Shown here piece by piece: positions 40,990 through 49,692 of a stretch of 64,000 bases of DNA. The position numbers and the translations under genes were made by a program. This stretch comes from an uncultured Acidobacteriota bacterium. GTDB lineage: Bacteria; Acidobacteriota; Vicinamibacteria; Vicinamibacterales; 2-12-FULL-66-21. The notes under the pieces are model-generated. The model did not search any database and had not been told where the DNA came from. It saw only the letters and a program-made list of their open reading frames with translations. The stretch spans positions 1,246 through 65,245 of the forward strand of contig CAVZGT010000012.1 in NCBI GenBank assembly GCA_963774855.1, in the 5' to 3' direction. The number at the start of each line of letters is the position of its first letter. Within the stretch, counting starts at the first letter, position 1.

Positions 40990-41859
40990 CTACAACCCGG
41001 GCATTCGAGCTTCGGCCGGAAGTTGTAGAAGAGAAGGTATCGGGCCAGGCTCGCGGTGTTCCAGCGTGAGACGAGCATCATCGATCGCTTCTCGAGCAGC
41101 GGGCGGATGTCGATTTCGCGCGTGAACGAGGTGAACGCCGCAAGGCTTCCCTCGAACCGTGCCGGCCAGCCGTAGCGTACCGCGAGCGGGTGGTCGCGCC
41201 GGCGCGTTCCCTCTGTCGACAGCTTCCGCCAGGACCTCGCGTTGTAGTCCCCGAGTGTCAGCGTGAGCCCGTCAGGGATGCCGGTATCGCGGTCCGAGTC
41301 CTCGCTGGCGATCTCGAGATCGCGCCAGCCGGCGGGCATGGGCCCATGCTTCCCCCACTGGACGTCGATCCGCGGCCGCCCGCGGTGAGCACGCGCATCC
41401 TCGATCGCGGTGGACGATCCCTCGACGAGCCGCCCGTGAAAAGTGTGACGACCCTGACGATTGCTCCACGTTCGTCGTAGGCGATCCACAGCACCTCGTG
41501 ATCCGAAGGGTCGTTGTCATCCGGAAAATCGACGTCGTCGTCCCAGAACAGGTGATAGGCGATGAGACGGCGCTCCGGATGGAGAATGGCGGCCGCGTCC
41601 TTGAGCGCGAAGGGCTCGTTGCCCGTGACGAACACGCGCGGCGCGAGGTCCAGGAGCCGCCGCCGATCGTCCGCCGACGGCGTGCGCGGAGGGTCGAGCG
41701 CCAGCGCCTGATTCGGTACTCAGCGCTCGCACTGTCGAGCGATCGCTCCAGGTGATGCGCGACGCCGGCCTCGTGGTGTTCGGCTGCCTTGTCGGAGCGC
41801 AGCACGAGGGCGGACGCGTGGACGCTGACCAGCGCGACCGCCAGGATGGTCGAACGCAT
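40990..41859 (-). CDS. Hypothetical secreted protein, 2-3 frameshifts
   Basis: Signal peptide MRSTILAVALV; IAYHLFWDDDVDFPDDNDPSDHE, QWGKHG and YNFRPKLE in ORFs 41272, 41258 and 40494. Confidence 0.65.
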
Positions 41860-41972
41860 AGGACCCATGTGGGCCAGTGTCGCCGACGGTTGTGACGGTT
41901 TGACGACGTCGCAGAGGATTTGCACCGACGCCACGCGAGGGTCGCAGGGCTCATGTAGCCTGTTCGTGCCTC

Positions 41973-42048
41973 GAGGTGGCTTCAAAACCGCCATGGTCCG
42001 GCTTCCACCCGGTAAAGCCGGACGCCACCAACGGTTTTGAATCGTCTC
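41973..42048. repeat. Composite palindromic repeat, copy 2 (MITE/REPIN-like)
   Basis: TTCAAAACCG...CGGTTTTGAA flanking GTCCGGCT...TAAAGCCGGACGCCACC. Confidence 0.7.
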
Positions 42049-42116
42049 TCGGTACCAGCCCGCCTGCACTCGTCGTTCGACCCAGCGAGCGACCGCGACG
42101 TCCCGAAGGAGGATTG

Positions 42117-42846
42117 ATGCGGATTGCCATGTCCTGTGTCTGTTGGCTCATTGCCGGAGTGCTGGTCTCCCCCGACGCCCCTGCGCATTCCTGCACGCGT
42201 TCCTCGACCACGGTTGTCGAGCGGTTCCTGTCGAGCCAGGGGGAGCCGCTCGTCAGCTACCGGGCGCTGCGCCGGCTCACCGCCGCCTCGCGAGGCGGAC
42301 GGATGCAGGCGTCGCTCGCCGCGTGGACCTCGTTCGATCCGGAGCACGGCTTCCAGTACGACGTGGTCGAAGAGACCGGATCCGGAACGATTCGATCCAG
42401 GGTCCTGCGCCCCGCGCTCGCGGCCGAGCGGGATGCGCGCGCCAGCGGGGACGCGTCGAAGGGGGCGCTGACGGAGCTCAACTACGAGTTCGGCACGCCG
42501 GACACCGGCGACGACCTGCTGGTGACGGTCGCCATCCGTCCACGCCGGAAGGACACGCTCCTCGTCGACGGATTCGATCGTGCTGACGCGAGACGACGCC
42601 GACCTGGTGCGGCTCGAGGGCACGCTGGTCAAGCGGCCGTCGTTCTGGACGCGGCGCGTCGACGTCGTCCGGCAGTACGCGCGCGTCGCGGGAGTTCGGG
42701 TCCCGATGTCGATGGCCTTTACTGCCGATGTGCTGATTGCCGGCCGGTCCACGTTCTCGATGGAGTACCGAGGACCGAAAGCGTGCAACGGCCAGACTGT
42801 GGCTGCGAGTCCGCTCCAGGCGGCCTGGACGGGTCGGGACCGCTGA
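42117..42846 (+). CDS. Hypothetical periplasmic protein (possibly LolA/MucB-like); frameshift near 42573
   Basis: Signal peptide; PRRKDTLLVDG continues as LVRLEGTLVKRPSFWT in ORF 42580. Confidence 0.65.
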
Positions 42847-43039
42847 ATTTACCGACTGGTCGCGCGGTCTCCACGCGGCCGTCACGGGCTGGCTGCCATC
42901 CTGTTGTCGCCGGATTCGATTCACCCGGCCCCCGCCGTCGCCCGTCCCAGCAGGCGACCTCATCGACGCTCGGCGCGCCCGTCGGCGCGCCGGTTGTGCA
43001 CCGCGAACAGGGCGAGCGCGCCCTGTCGCAGGAGGTCGC

Positions 43040-44230
43040 ATGATGCGCGTGGCCATCTTCACCGACAACGATTTCGACAAGATCAACGGCGTCACGACCA
43101 CGCTGAAGGCGCTGCTGCGCCACGCGCCGGACGACGTCAGCCCCCGCGTCTACACGTTCGCGGATTTCGGGATCGATACGCCGGAGTACCTGGCGCTGGC
43201 GTCCATCGGCGTGCCGATCCCGTTTTACGGGGAAATGCAGATGTACTTGCCCCGGCTGCGCGAACTGCGCCGCCGGCTGCGGGCCGACGGTGTGCGCCTG
43301 ATCCACCTCACGACCCCCGGCCCCGCCGGCCTGGCGGCACGCTACCTGGCGCGTCGAGGCGGCACGCGCCTGGTCGGCAGCTTCCACACTTTGCTGGCGG
43401 AGGACGTGGCGGCGCTGAGCGGCTCGACACGTCTTGCGGACGGCATGCGGCACTACATGCGCTGGCTCTACGGCGCGTGCGAACAGGTGCTGGTGCCCTC
43501 GCGTGACACCTGTGCGCGGCTGGTCGCCGATCGATGGAACGCCGAACGGATCTCGGTGTGGGCGCGAGGCGTCGACACCGTCATGTTCTCGCCGTCCCGG
43601 CGGTCGGCCGCGCTCCGCGAGCAGTGGCACGTCTGCGATCGGCGGCGCGCGGTGCTGTACGCCGGGCGCCTGTCGCGCGAGAAGGGGCTGGCGCTGCTGC
43701 GGCCGCTGGAAACGCTGCTCCACCAGCAGCGCGTGCCGTTCCGCCTCGTCATTGTCGGAGACGGACCGATGACGCCCGAGCTGCGTGCGCTCTGCCCGGA
43801 CGCGGTGTTCACCGGCCGCCTCTCCCACGACCAGGTCGCTGTCGCGATGGCGTCGGCGGATGCCTTCGTCTTCCCCAGCGAGACCGATACCGCGGGCAAT
43901 GTCGTGCTCGAGGCGCAGGCCTCCGGCCTCCCCGTCATCGTCACCAGCGCCGGGGGCCCTCAGGAGAACATGCGCCACGGCGAAACGGGGTTCGTGTGCG
44001 CGCCGAAGGACGCCCACGGCGTCGCGCAGCGCCTGGCGGAGCTCCTGCGCGATGACGGCTATCGGACTGGCGTGGGAGCCGCCGCGCGCCGCTACGCCCA
44101 GGGGCGGAGCTGGGCCGCGTCGCTGCAGCCCGTGTACGACCTGTACCGCACCGCCATCCAGACGCCGGCTGCTGCCGGCGGCGTGCCGTCGGCGCTGTCG
44201 CGTCAGCCCGGCGCAACGTCGGCCGCATGA
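43040..44230 (+). CDS. GT4 glycosyltransferase (MgtA/PimB-like)
   Basis: MRVAIFTDN, NGV, GRLSREKG, DTAGNVVLEAQASGLPV; AGGAGG RBS. Confidence 0.9.
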   Translation: MMRVAIFTDNDFDKINGVTTTLKALLRHAPDDVSPRVYTFADFGIDTPEYLALASIGVPIPFYGEMQMYLPRLRELRRRLRADGVRLIHLTTPGPAGLAARYLARRGGTRLVGSFHTLLAEDVAALSGSTRLADGMRHYMRWLYGACEQVLVPSRDTCARLVADRWNAERISVWARGVDTVMFSPSRRSAALREQWHVCDRRRAVLYAGRLSREKGLALLRPLETLLHQQRVPFRLVIVGDGPMTPELRALCPDAVFTGRLSHDQVAVAMASADAFVFPSETDTAGNVVLEAQASGLPVIVTSAGGPQENMRHGETGFVCAPKDAHGVAQRLAELLRDDGYRTGVGAAARRYAQGRSWAASLQPVYDLYRTAIQTPAAAGGVPSALSRQPGATSAA

Positions 44231-44832
44231 TGCCCGTGGCGCCGGCCCTGGGCGAGGTGCTGAGGGACATCGCTCGTCATCCGATCCGTCACCTTGTCGT
44301 GGGATGGAACTGGAAGTCCGCCGCGTTGAGCTCGCTGGTGCGGGCGTCGATTTTCCTGCTGGCCAACCTGCCCGCGGGCGCCGGCGCGGGCGTGCGCGCG
44401 ATGCTCACCGAGCTCGCCTTCCGCACCGTGATGTCGGGTGCGCTCGGCAGCGTCACACAGGCGCTCGCCGCCGCGCGCTCGAACCGGCACGCGATGCTCA
44501 CGGCCATCGTCCTGTTGCCCGCGATCGGGCACACGGCCGAGTACATCGTGCACCGCGCGGCAGGAACGCCGCGACTCGCTCAGAGCATGGCAGCGTCGAT
44601 TGCGTTCAGCATGCTGACCACGGCCTTCAATATCTTCGCGATGCGCCGGGGCGCGTTCATTGTCGGCGACGGGCGGCAGTCGCTCGGAGCGGACCTGCGG
44701 GGAATGCCGCGGCTGATCGGCGCGTTCGTCAGCCCGGCGTTCCGCCTCGTGCGCCCGGGACAACCGCACTCGCCCTCATCGCCACATGGATGCCGGGACA
44801 AAGCCCCATGCCCATCGCAACGCTGCACCTGA
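44227..44832 (+). CDS. Hypothetical membrane protein (WNWKSA motif)
   Basis: Several hydrophobic segments; overlaps both neighbouring genes. Confidence 0.75.
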   Translation: MMPVAPALGEVLRDIARHPIRHLVVGWNWKSAALSSLVRASIFLLANLPAGAGAGVRAMLTELAFRTVMSGALGSVTQALAAARSNRHAMLTAIVLLPAIGHTAEYIVHRAAGTPRLAQSMAASIAFSMLTTAFNIFAMRRGAFIVGDGRQSLGADLRGMPRLIGAFVSPAFRLVRPGQPHSPSSPHGCRDKAPCPSQRCT

Positions 44833-46067
44833 CGAACGCCTATCACGAGAGCTCCGGAGGGATCCGGACCATGTACCACGCGCTGCTCTCGCAGGCCGAA
44901 CGCGAGCACCGGCCGATGACGCTGGTCGTTCCCGGGCCGGAGGATCGGGACGAGCCTCGAGGCCGGTTCACGCGGATCGTCCACGTCCGTGCGCCGCGCA
45001 GCCCGGTGATGGACGACCGCTATCGCGTTATCCTGCCGCACCGGTTTCTCCTTCCGCCGACCGGTCTCTGGCGGATCCTGGATCGGTTCGATCCCGACCT
45101 CGTCGAAGTCTGCGACAAGTACTCGCTGTGCTACTTCGCCGGCTTGATTCGAAGACGGCGTGCGCGTCCGACGCTGGTCGGCCTCAGTTGCGAGCGTCTC
45201 GACGACAACCTGCAGGTGTACGTCGGAGGCGGCCGCACGACCCTGGTCGCGGCCACGGCGTTTCTGGGGCGCGCCTATATCGGGATGTTCGACGCCCACG
45301 TCGCGAACTCGGACTACACGGCCGACGAGCTGCGGCGCGCGATGCGGCCGCCGCATACCCGGCCGGTCCACGTCAGCCCGATGGGCATCGAGCGGCCGGC
45401 GCCGCTGCATCCGCACGTCCGCGCCTCGATTCGCCGGCGGCTGCTCACGCGGTGCGGAGCGGTGGACGGCGATTCTCTGCTGTATGCCGGGCGCCTCTCG
45501 CCGGAGAAGAACGTCGACGTCCTGCCCGACGTCCTCGCATCACTCGCCGGGCGCGCGCGCCCTGTGTTCCTCGTCGTCGCCGGGGACGGCCCGCTCCGCG
45601 ACGCACTGGAGGCGCGTGCCGCCGCACTCGCCCCCGGGCGGACGCTCTTCGTCGGGCACATCGCCGACCGGTCAGCCCTCGGCCAGCTGACGGGGAGCGT
45701 CGACGCGTTCATCCACCCGAATCCGAGGGAACCGTTCGGGATCGGTCCACTGGAGGCACTCGCCGCCGGCGCGCCTCTCGTCGCGCCGCGGACAGGCGGC
45801 TTGGTGTCGTATGCCACCGACGAGAACGCGTGGCTGGCCGGAAGCGATGCGTCGAGCCTCGCCGGCGCCGTCGCGCGTTGCCTGGATGATGTGGCCGGCC
45901 GCCGTGCGAAGTCGGCGCTTGGGGTCGAGACCGCGTCGAGGTTCGAGTGGTCCGCGAGCGCGTCGCGGCTGCTGCGGCTCTACGATCGGCTGCACGCGGA
46001 GCGGATGTCCCGATCGCGCCCCACGCCCGGCCAGGCCTCCGAGTGCGTCGCGGCCTGCACGGCGTGA
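44808..46067 (+). CDS. GT4 glycosyltransferase
   Basis: NAYHESSGGIRT, GRLSPEKN, EPFGIGPLEALAAG. Confidence 0.88.
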   Translation: MPIATLHLTNAYHESSGGIRTMYHALLSQAEREHRPMTLVVPGPEDRDEPRGRFTRIVHVRAPRSPVMDDRYRVILPHRFLLPPTGLWRILDRFDPDLVEVCDKYSLCYFAGLIRRRRARPTLVGLSCERLDDNLQVYVGGGRTTLVAATAFLGRAYIGMFDAHVANSDYTADELRRAMRPPHTRPVHVSPMGIERPAPLHPHVRASIRRRLLTRCGAVDGDSLLYAGRLSPEKNVDVLPDVLASLAGRARPVFLVVAGDGPLRDALEARAAALAPGRTLFVGHIADRSALGQLTGSVDAFIHPNPREPFGIGPLEALAAGAPLVAPRTGGLVSYATDENAWLAGSDASSLAGAVARCLDDVAGRRAKSALGVETASRFEWSASASRLLRLYDRLHAERMSRSRPTPGQASECVAACTA

Positions 46068-46084
46068 TGGGCCGGGGTCCGGAC

Positions 46085-46242
46085 GTAGCGCAGGCCTTCA
46101 GAGCTTGTGAAGAAAAACGTGTCAACTCCCAAAAGGCCCAACTCCCAACTCCCACACTGAGTCTCTTCGAAGAGATTTCTTTGGGAGTTGGAGGTTGGGG
46201 GTTGGAGATTGGCGGATTTTTTCACACTCTCTTCAGGCCTGC
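46085..46242 (+). repeat. GTAG REP-like palindrome interrupted by a MITE
   Basis: Reconstructed empty site GTAGC-GCAGGCC-TTCA-GGCCTGC. Confidence 0.7.
46101..46231. mobile_element. 131-bp non-autonomous element (MITE) with 15-bp imperfect TIRs and 4-bp TTCA target duplication
   Basis: Left GAGCTTGTGAAGAAA vs right reverse complement GAGAGTGTGAAAAAA (12/15); TTCA at 46097-46100 and 46232-46235. Confidence 0.75.
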
Positions 46243-46419
46243 CCGTGTCTTGCGGAGCGCGACATGATTTTACGGGCTCGTTCGCGGTTCGACATGCGGC
46301 CGTCATGGGGAGGCGCTACGATGTCGGTACTGCGCGTGGGTATACCACGGCATCGGGCAAGAACGGGCGCAGGCATGGGCGCAGGATGCGCCACTGCTTG
46401 CGCCATTGTGCTGGTAGCT

Positions 46420-46468
46420 GCTTCCAGCTTCCAGCTTCCCGCTTCCAGCTTTCCGCTTCCCGCTTCCC
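46420..46468 (+). repeat. Heptamer tandem repeat (GCTTCCM) x7
   Basis: Seen directly; immediately downstream of the ppk1 stop. Confidence 0.9.
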
Positions 46469-46470
46469 CG

Positions 46471-48588
46471 CTACGGCCGGTCGTGGCTCTCGCGCGAGTA
46501 GTCGATGACGTGCCGCGTCAGGAGCAACTGCTGTGCATCGACGCTGTCGCCGTCGCGCGCGGCCGGCCGGTAGGCGCCTTCCGCGTCCAGGACGGACGCG
46601 CGCTGCGTGTCCCTCAGATACGCATCGAGCACGACGTCCCGCAGGTACAGTGTCAGCTCGGGGTCGAGCACGGGGCAGAGGACTTCGACACGGCGGTCGA
46701 GGTTCCGCTCCATGAGGTCGGCGCTGCCGATGTAGGTTTCGGGCGCCTGATCGTTGCCGAAGAAATAGATCCGCGAGTGCTCGAGGAACCGGCCGACGAT
46801 TGAGTGCACGCGAATCGTCTCGCTGACGCCGGGCACGCCGGGCCGCAGGCAGCAGATGCCGCGCACGATGAGGTCGATCGGCACGCCATCCTGCGACGCC
46901 CGGTACAGGTGCTGGATGGTCTCCGTGTCGGTGAGGCCGTTGACCTTGATCACGATGCGCCCGCGGCGCCCGGCGCGCGCATGTTCGGCCTCGCGTTCGA
47001 TCAGCCCCCGAAGGCGGCGGCGCAGGTTCACCGGGGCCACCACGAGCTGCTGGTATTCGGTCTGGCTTGAATAGCCCGTGAGGTAGTTGAAGAGATTGGT
47101 GACGTCCTGCACGATCGGAGGCCGCGCCGTCACCAGGCCGAGGTCCGTGTAGATGCGCGCGGTGGCCGCGTTGTAGTTCCCGGTGCCGATGTGCGCGTAG
47201 CGCCGGATGCCCTCCGGCTGCTTGCGGACCACGAGACACAGCTTGCAGTGGGTCTTCAGATTGACGAGCCCGTAGACGACGTGGACGCCGGCGGCTTCGA
47301 GCCGCGTCGCCCACGTGATGTTGTTCTTCTCGTCGAACCGCGCCTTCAGCTCGACCAGCACCGCCACCTGCTTTCCCGACTCCGCGGCGCGTTCCAGCAG
47401 GTCGATGAGCGGCGAATCGTGGCCGATGCGATAGAGCGTCATCTTGATGGCAACGACCTGCGGGTCGTCCACGGCCGCCCGCAGAAACGTCTCCACCGAC
47501 GAGAACGAATCGAACGGATGGTGCAGCATGAAATCGCGATGCCGCACCAGCTCGAAGATCTCCTCGGCATCCGACGGTCTCCAGACCACGCGCGGCGCGA
47601 AGTTCGGATACTTCAATTCGGGCCGGTGCAGCCGGGTCAGCTCCATCCAGTCGCCAAACCCGACGCGGTGGGCCGTCCTGACCAGGACCCCCTCGCCGAT
47701 GTCGAAGTTCTCGACCAGGATGTCCATCACGCGCCGCGGCATCCGCGCCTCGACCTGGAGCAACGAGGGCGTCCCGTGGCGGAGCTGACGGAGTCCCTGG
47801 TCGATGGTTTCGAGCAGGTCATCCGCTTCGTCTTCCTGGATGACCATGTCGGTGTCGCGGACGACCCGGAAGACATACGCCCCCCGCACCGCCGTGCCGG
47901 GGAAGAGCGCCTGCACGTTCGCGCACACGACGTCCTCGAGGAAGACCAGCACCGTCCCGCCGCCGGAAAGCTCGGACGGCAGCGTCAGGAAGCGCGGCAC
48001 GGTCGGCGACAGCTTGACGCGCGCGAACTTGGTGCGTCCGTCGTGCTTGACGACGACCGCGAGGTTCTTGCTGAGATTGGAAATGTGCGGGAACGGGTGT
48101 CCGGGATCCACCGCAAGCGGCGTCAGCACCGGCGCGATCTCGTGCTCGAAATAGGACGAGAGGTATGCCGACACCGCGGGCGAGTAGTCCTTCCCGTCGA
48201 GGAAACGAATCCCGTGCTCCTCGAGCGCGGGCCGCAGCACTTCCGTCCAGCACCGGACCTGGTTCTCCAGCATCTGCAGGGCGCGGGCGCGGACCAGGGC
48301 GAGCTGCTGCTCGGTGGTCAACCCATCGGTTGACATCCGTTCGCCGTCAGTCCTCAGCTGCTTGTGAAGCGCGGCGACCCGGATCATGAAGAACTCGTCG
48401 AGGTTCGACCCCACGATCGCGAGGAATTTCACGCGCTCGAGCAGCGGGTGCCCGTCGTCCCACGCCAGCGCGAGGACGCGCTCGTTGAAGGCGAGCCAGC
48501 TCAGCTCGCGGTTGATGAAGAGCGACGGATCCTGCAAGGACACCCGCGCGGCATCGGCCGGAACGGAATTCAAGGCTTTGGTGGACAT
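46471..48588 (-). CDS. ppk1: Polyphosphate kinase 1
   Basis: FINRELSWLAFNERVL, DPGHPFP, HHPFDSF, ELKARFDE, KTHCKL, GRFLEHSR. Confidence 0.97.
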   Translation of the reverse strand: MSTKALNSVPADAARVSLQDPSLFINRELSWLAFNERVLALAWDDGHPLLERVKFLAIVGSNLDEFFMIRVAALHKQLRTDGERMSTDGLTTEQQLALVRARALQMLENQVRCWTEVLRPALEEHGIRFLDGKDYSPAVSAYLSSYFEHEIAPVLTPLAVDPGHPFPHISNLSKNLAVVVKHDGRTKFARVKLSPTVPRFLTLPSELSGGGTVLVFLEDVVCANVQALFPGTAVRGAYVFRVVRDTDMVIQEDEADDLLETIDQGLRQLRHGTPSLLQVEARMPRRVMDILVENFDIGEGVLVRTAHRVGFGDWMELTRLHRPELKYPNFAPRVVWRPSDAEEIFELVRHRDFMLHHPFDSFSSVETFLRAAVDDPQVVAIKMTLYRIGHDSPLIDLLERAAESGKQVAVLVELKARFDEKNNITWATRLEAAGVHVVYGLVNLKTHCKLCLVVRKQPEGIRRYAHIGTGNYNAATARIYTDLGLVTARPPIVQDVTNLFNYLTGYSSQTEYQQLVVAPVNLRRRLRGLIEREAEHARAGRRGRIVIKVNGLTDTETIQHLYRASQDGVPIDLIVRGICCLRPGVPGVSETIRVHSIVGRFLEHSRIYFFGNDQAPETYIGSADLMERNLDRRVEVLCPVLDPELTLYLRDVVLDAYLRDTQRASVLDAEGAYRPAARDGDSVDAQQLLLTRHVIDYSRESHDRP

Positions 48589-48674
48589 GGGATGTGGGCG
48601 CCAGACACGCCCCGGTAGTCTACGCCAGCCGCAGCGCCGGTGATCCGCACTGGACCCGGCACAGCCAGCGGCAG

Positions 48675-48697
48675 AAGAATTTACAAATGTAACGTCC
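48675..48697 (+). promoter_or_regulatory. 23-bp motif AAGAATTTACAAATGTAACGTCC (copy 2) upstream of ppk1
   Basis: Identical to the reverse complement of 8517-8539. Confidence 0.7.
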
Positions 48698-48759
48698 CGG
48701 CTGCGAACAGCCCTGGCGCGGTGTAAGCCTCGACCGCATCCAGGACTTGTCGAGGCTTC

Positions 48760-49689
48760 TCAGGCGTTCGTCGTCGACTTCCAATCGGTCAGCCGCTCGG
48801 CGATCAACTCGGCGCGCCGCCGATCGTCGCGCCCGTCCAGGATGCTCATGTCCTCGGGATTGGCGCGCACGTACACACCGGACGTCCGCGCGTTGACTTG
48901 CGGCTGAGTCTCGGAACGAGTTGTCCAGTACCCTGCCGCGCGATCGGCGGACTCGAGCCGGATCTCTCCCGTCCCGTCCAACTGCGGCGCGTTCGGGTGC
49001 CGGGGCCGTTCGCCTTTCCAATAGTAGAAGATGCCGGAAGGATCCTTCTTCTCTTTCGCCGCTTCGCTCCAGTAGCGCGCCGACAGCGTGCCATCCTCTT
49101 GCCACGAGCGGCCGGCCAGATCCAGTGCCCCCTCGCGGTCTCGCGAGACGCGCAAGAGGCTCACGGCCGAAGGCTCCTCGGAGCTGCGCTCCGTCAGGGA
49201 AAACTGCCACCACATCCCCTCGATGCGGGCAGCGCGCCCCTCGTTTTCGATCGCCTTCCGAAGCTTCTGATTGACGACTCTCACCTCGGCAGGGGTGGTC
49301 GCGTCGCCGTAGCGTACGCACGTGAGGCCGAGGAGATCACTTGGCAGCTTTGTACCGCTCGCATGCAGGATGAATGTCCGGCGCATTCCGAGGGCTGCAC
49401 CGAAGAGACCGGCTTCGAAGACCACGTTGTCTCGCGGAGAAGCCTGGCCGGATCCCGAGTCATCGGATGCCGGTGGACTCTTGGTCGTCCAGTCGTCCTG
49501 CGCGAACACGAAGGCCGCGAAATCGACCTCACGCGTCAGTTCGAGGAGCCGCTCCAGCGTGGTGGTCCCTGGATTGAACGACGTCGTCCACGGTTCTACG
49601 TGCGCGACGTCTTCGAGACCACGCGTGAGCGCCTGCAGCAGCTTCTGCTGCTTCCCTGACGAGCCGAGGAAGATGCGAGGCTTGTCCAT
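48760..49689 (-). CDS. Cap12/Pycsar-type TIR-domain protein with beta-strand-rich C-terminal domain
   Basis: KPRIFLGSS, VDFAAFVFAQDD, PRDNVVFEAGLF (catalytic Glu), KLPSDLLG. Confidence 0.88.
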   Translation of the reverse strand: MDKPRIFLGSSGKQQKLLQALTRGLEDVAHVEPWTTSFNPGTTTLERLLELTREVDFAAFVFAQDDWTTKSPPASDDSGSGQASPRDNVVFEAGLFGAALGMRRTFILHASGTKLPSDLLGLTCVRYGDATTPAEVRVVNQKLRKAIENEGRAARIEGMWWQFSLTERSSEEPSAVSLLRVSRDREGALDLAGRSWQEDGTLSARYWSEAAKEKKDPSGIFYYWKGERPRHPNAPQLDGTGEIRLESADRAAGYWTTRSETQPQVNARTSGVYVRANPEDMSILDGRDDRRRAELIAERLTDWKSTTNA

Positions 49690-49692
49690 CCA

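Noticed and set aside
46420-46468. CRISPR interpretation of the tandem repeats
   Set aside because: 7-bp units with no spacers and no cas genes
48760-49689. Complete CBASS, Pycsar or Thoeris system
   Set aside because: No cyclase or ThsA partner nearby; kept as the NAMPT-TIR finding instead
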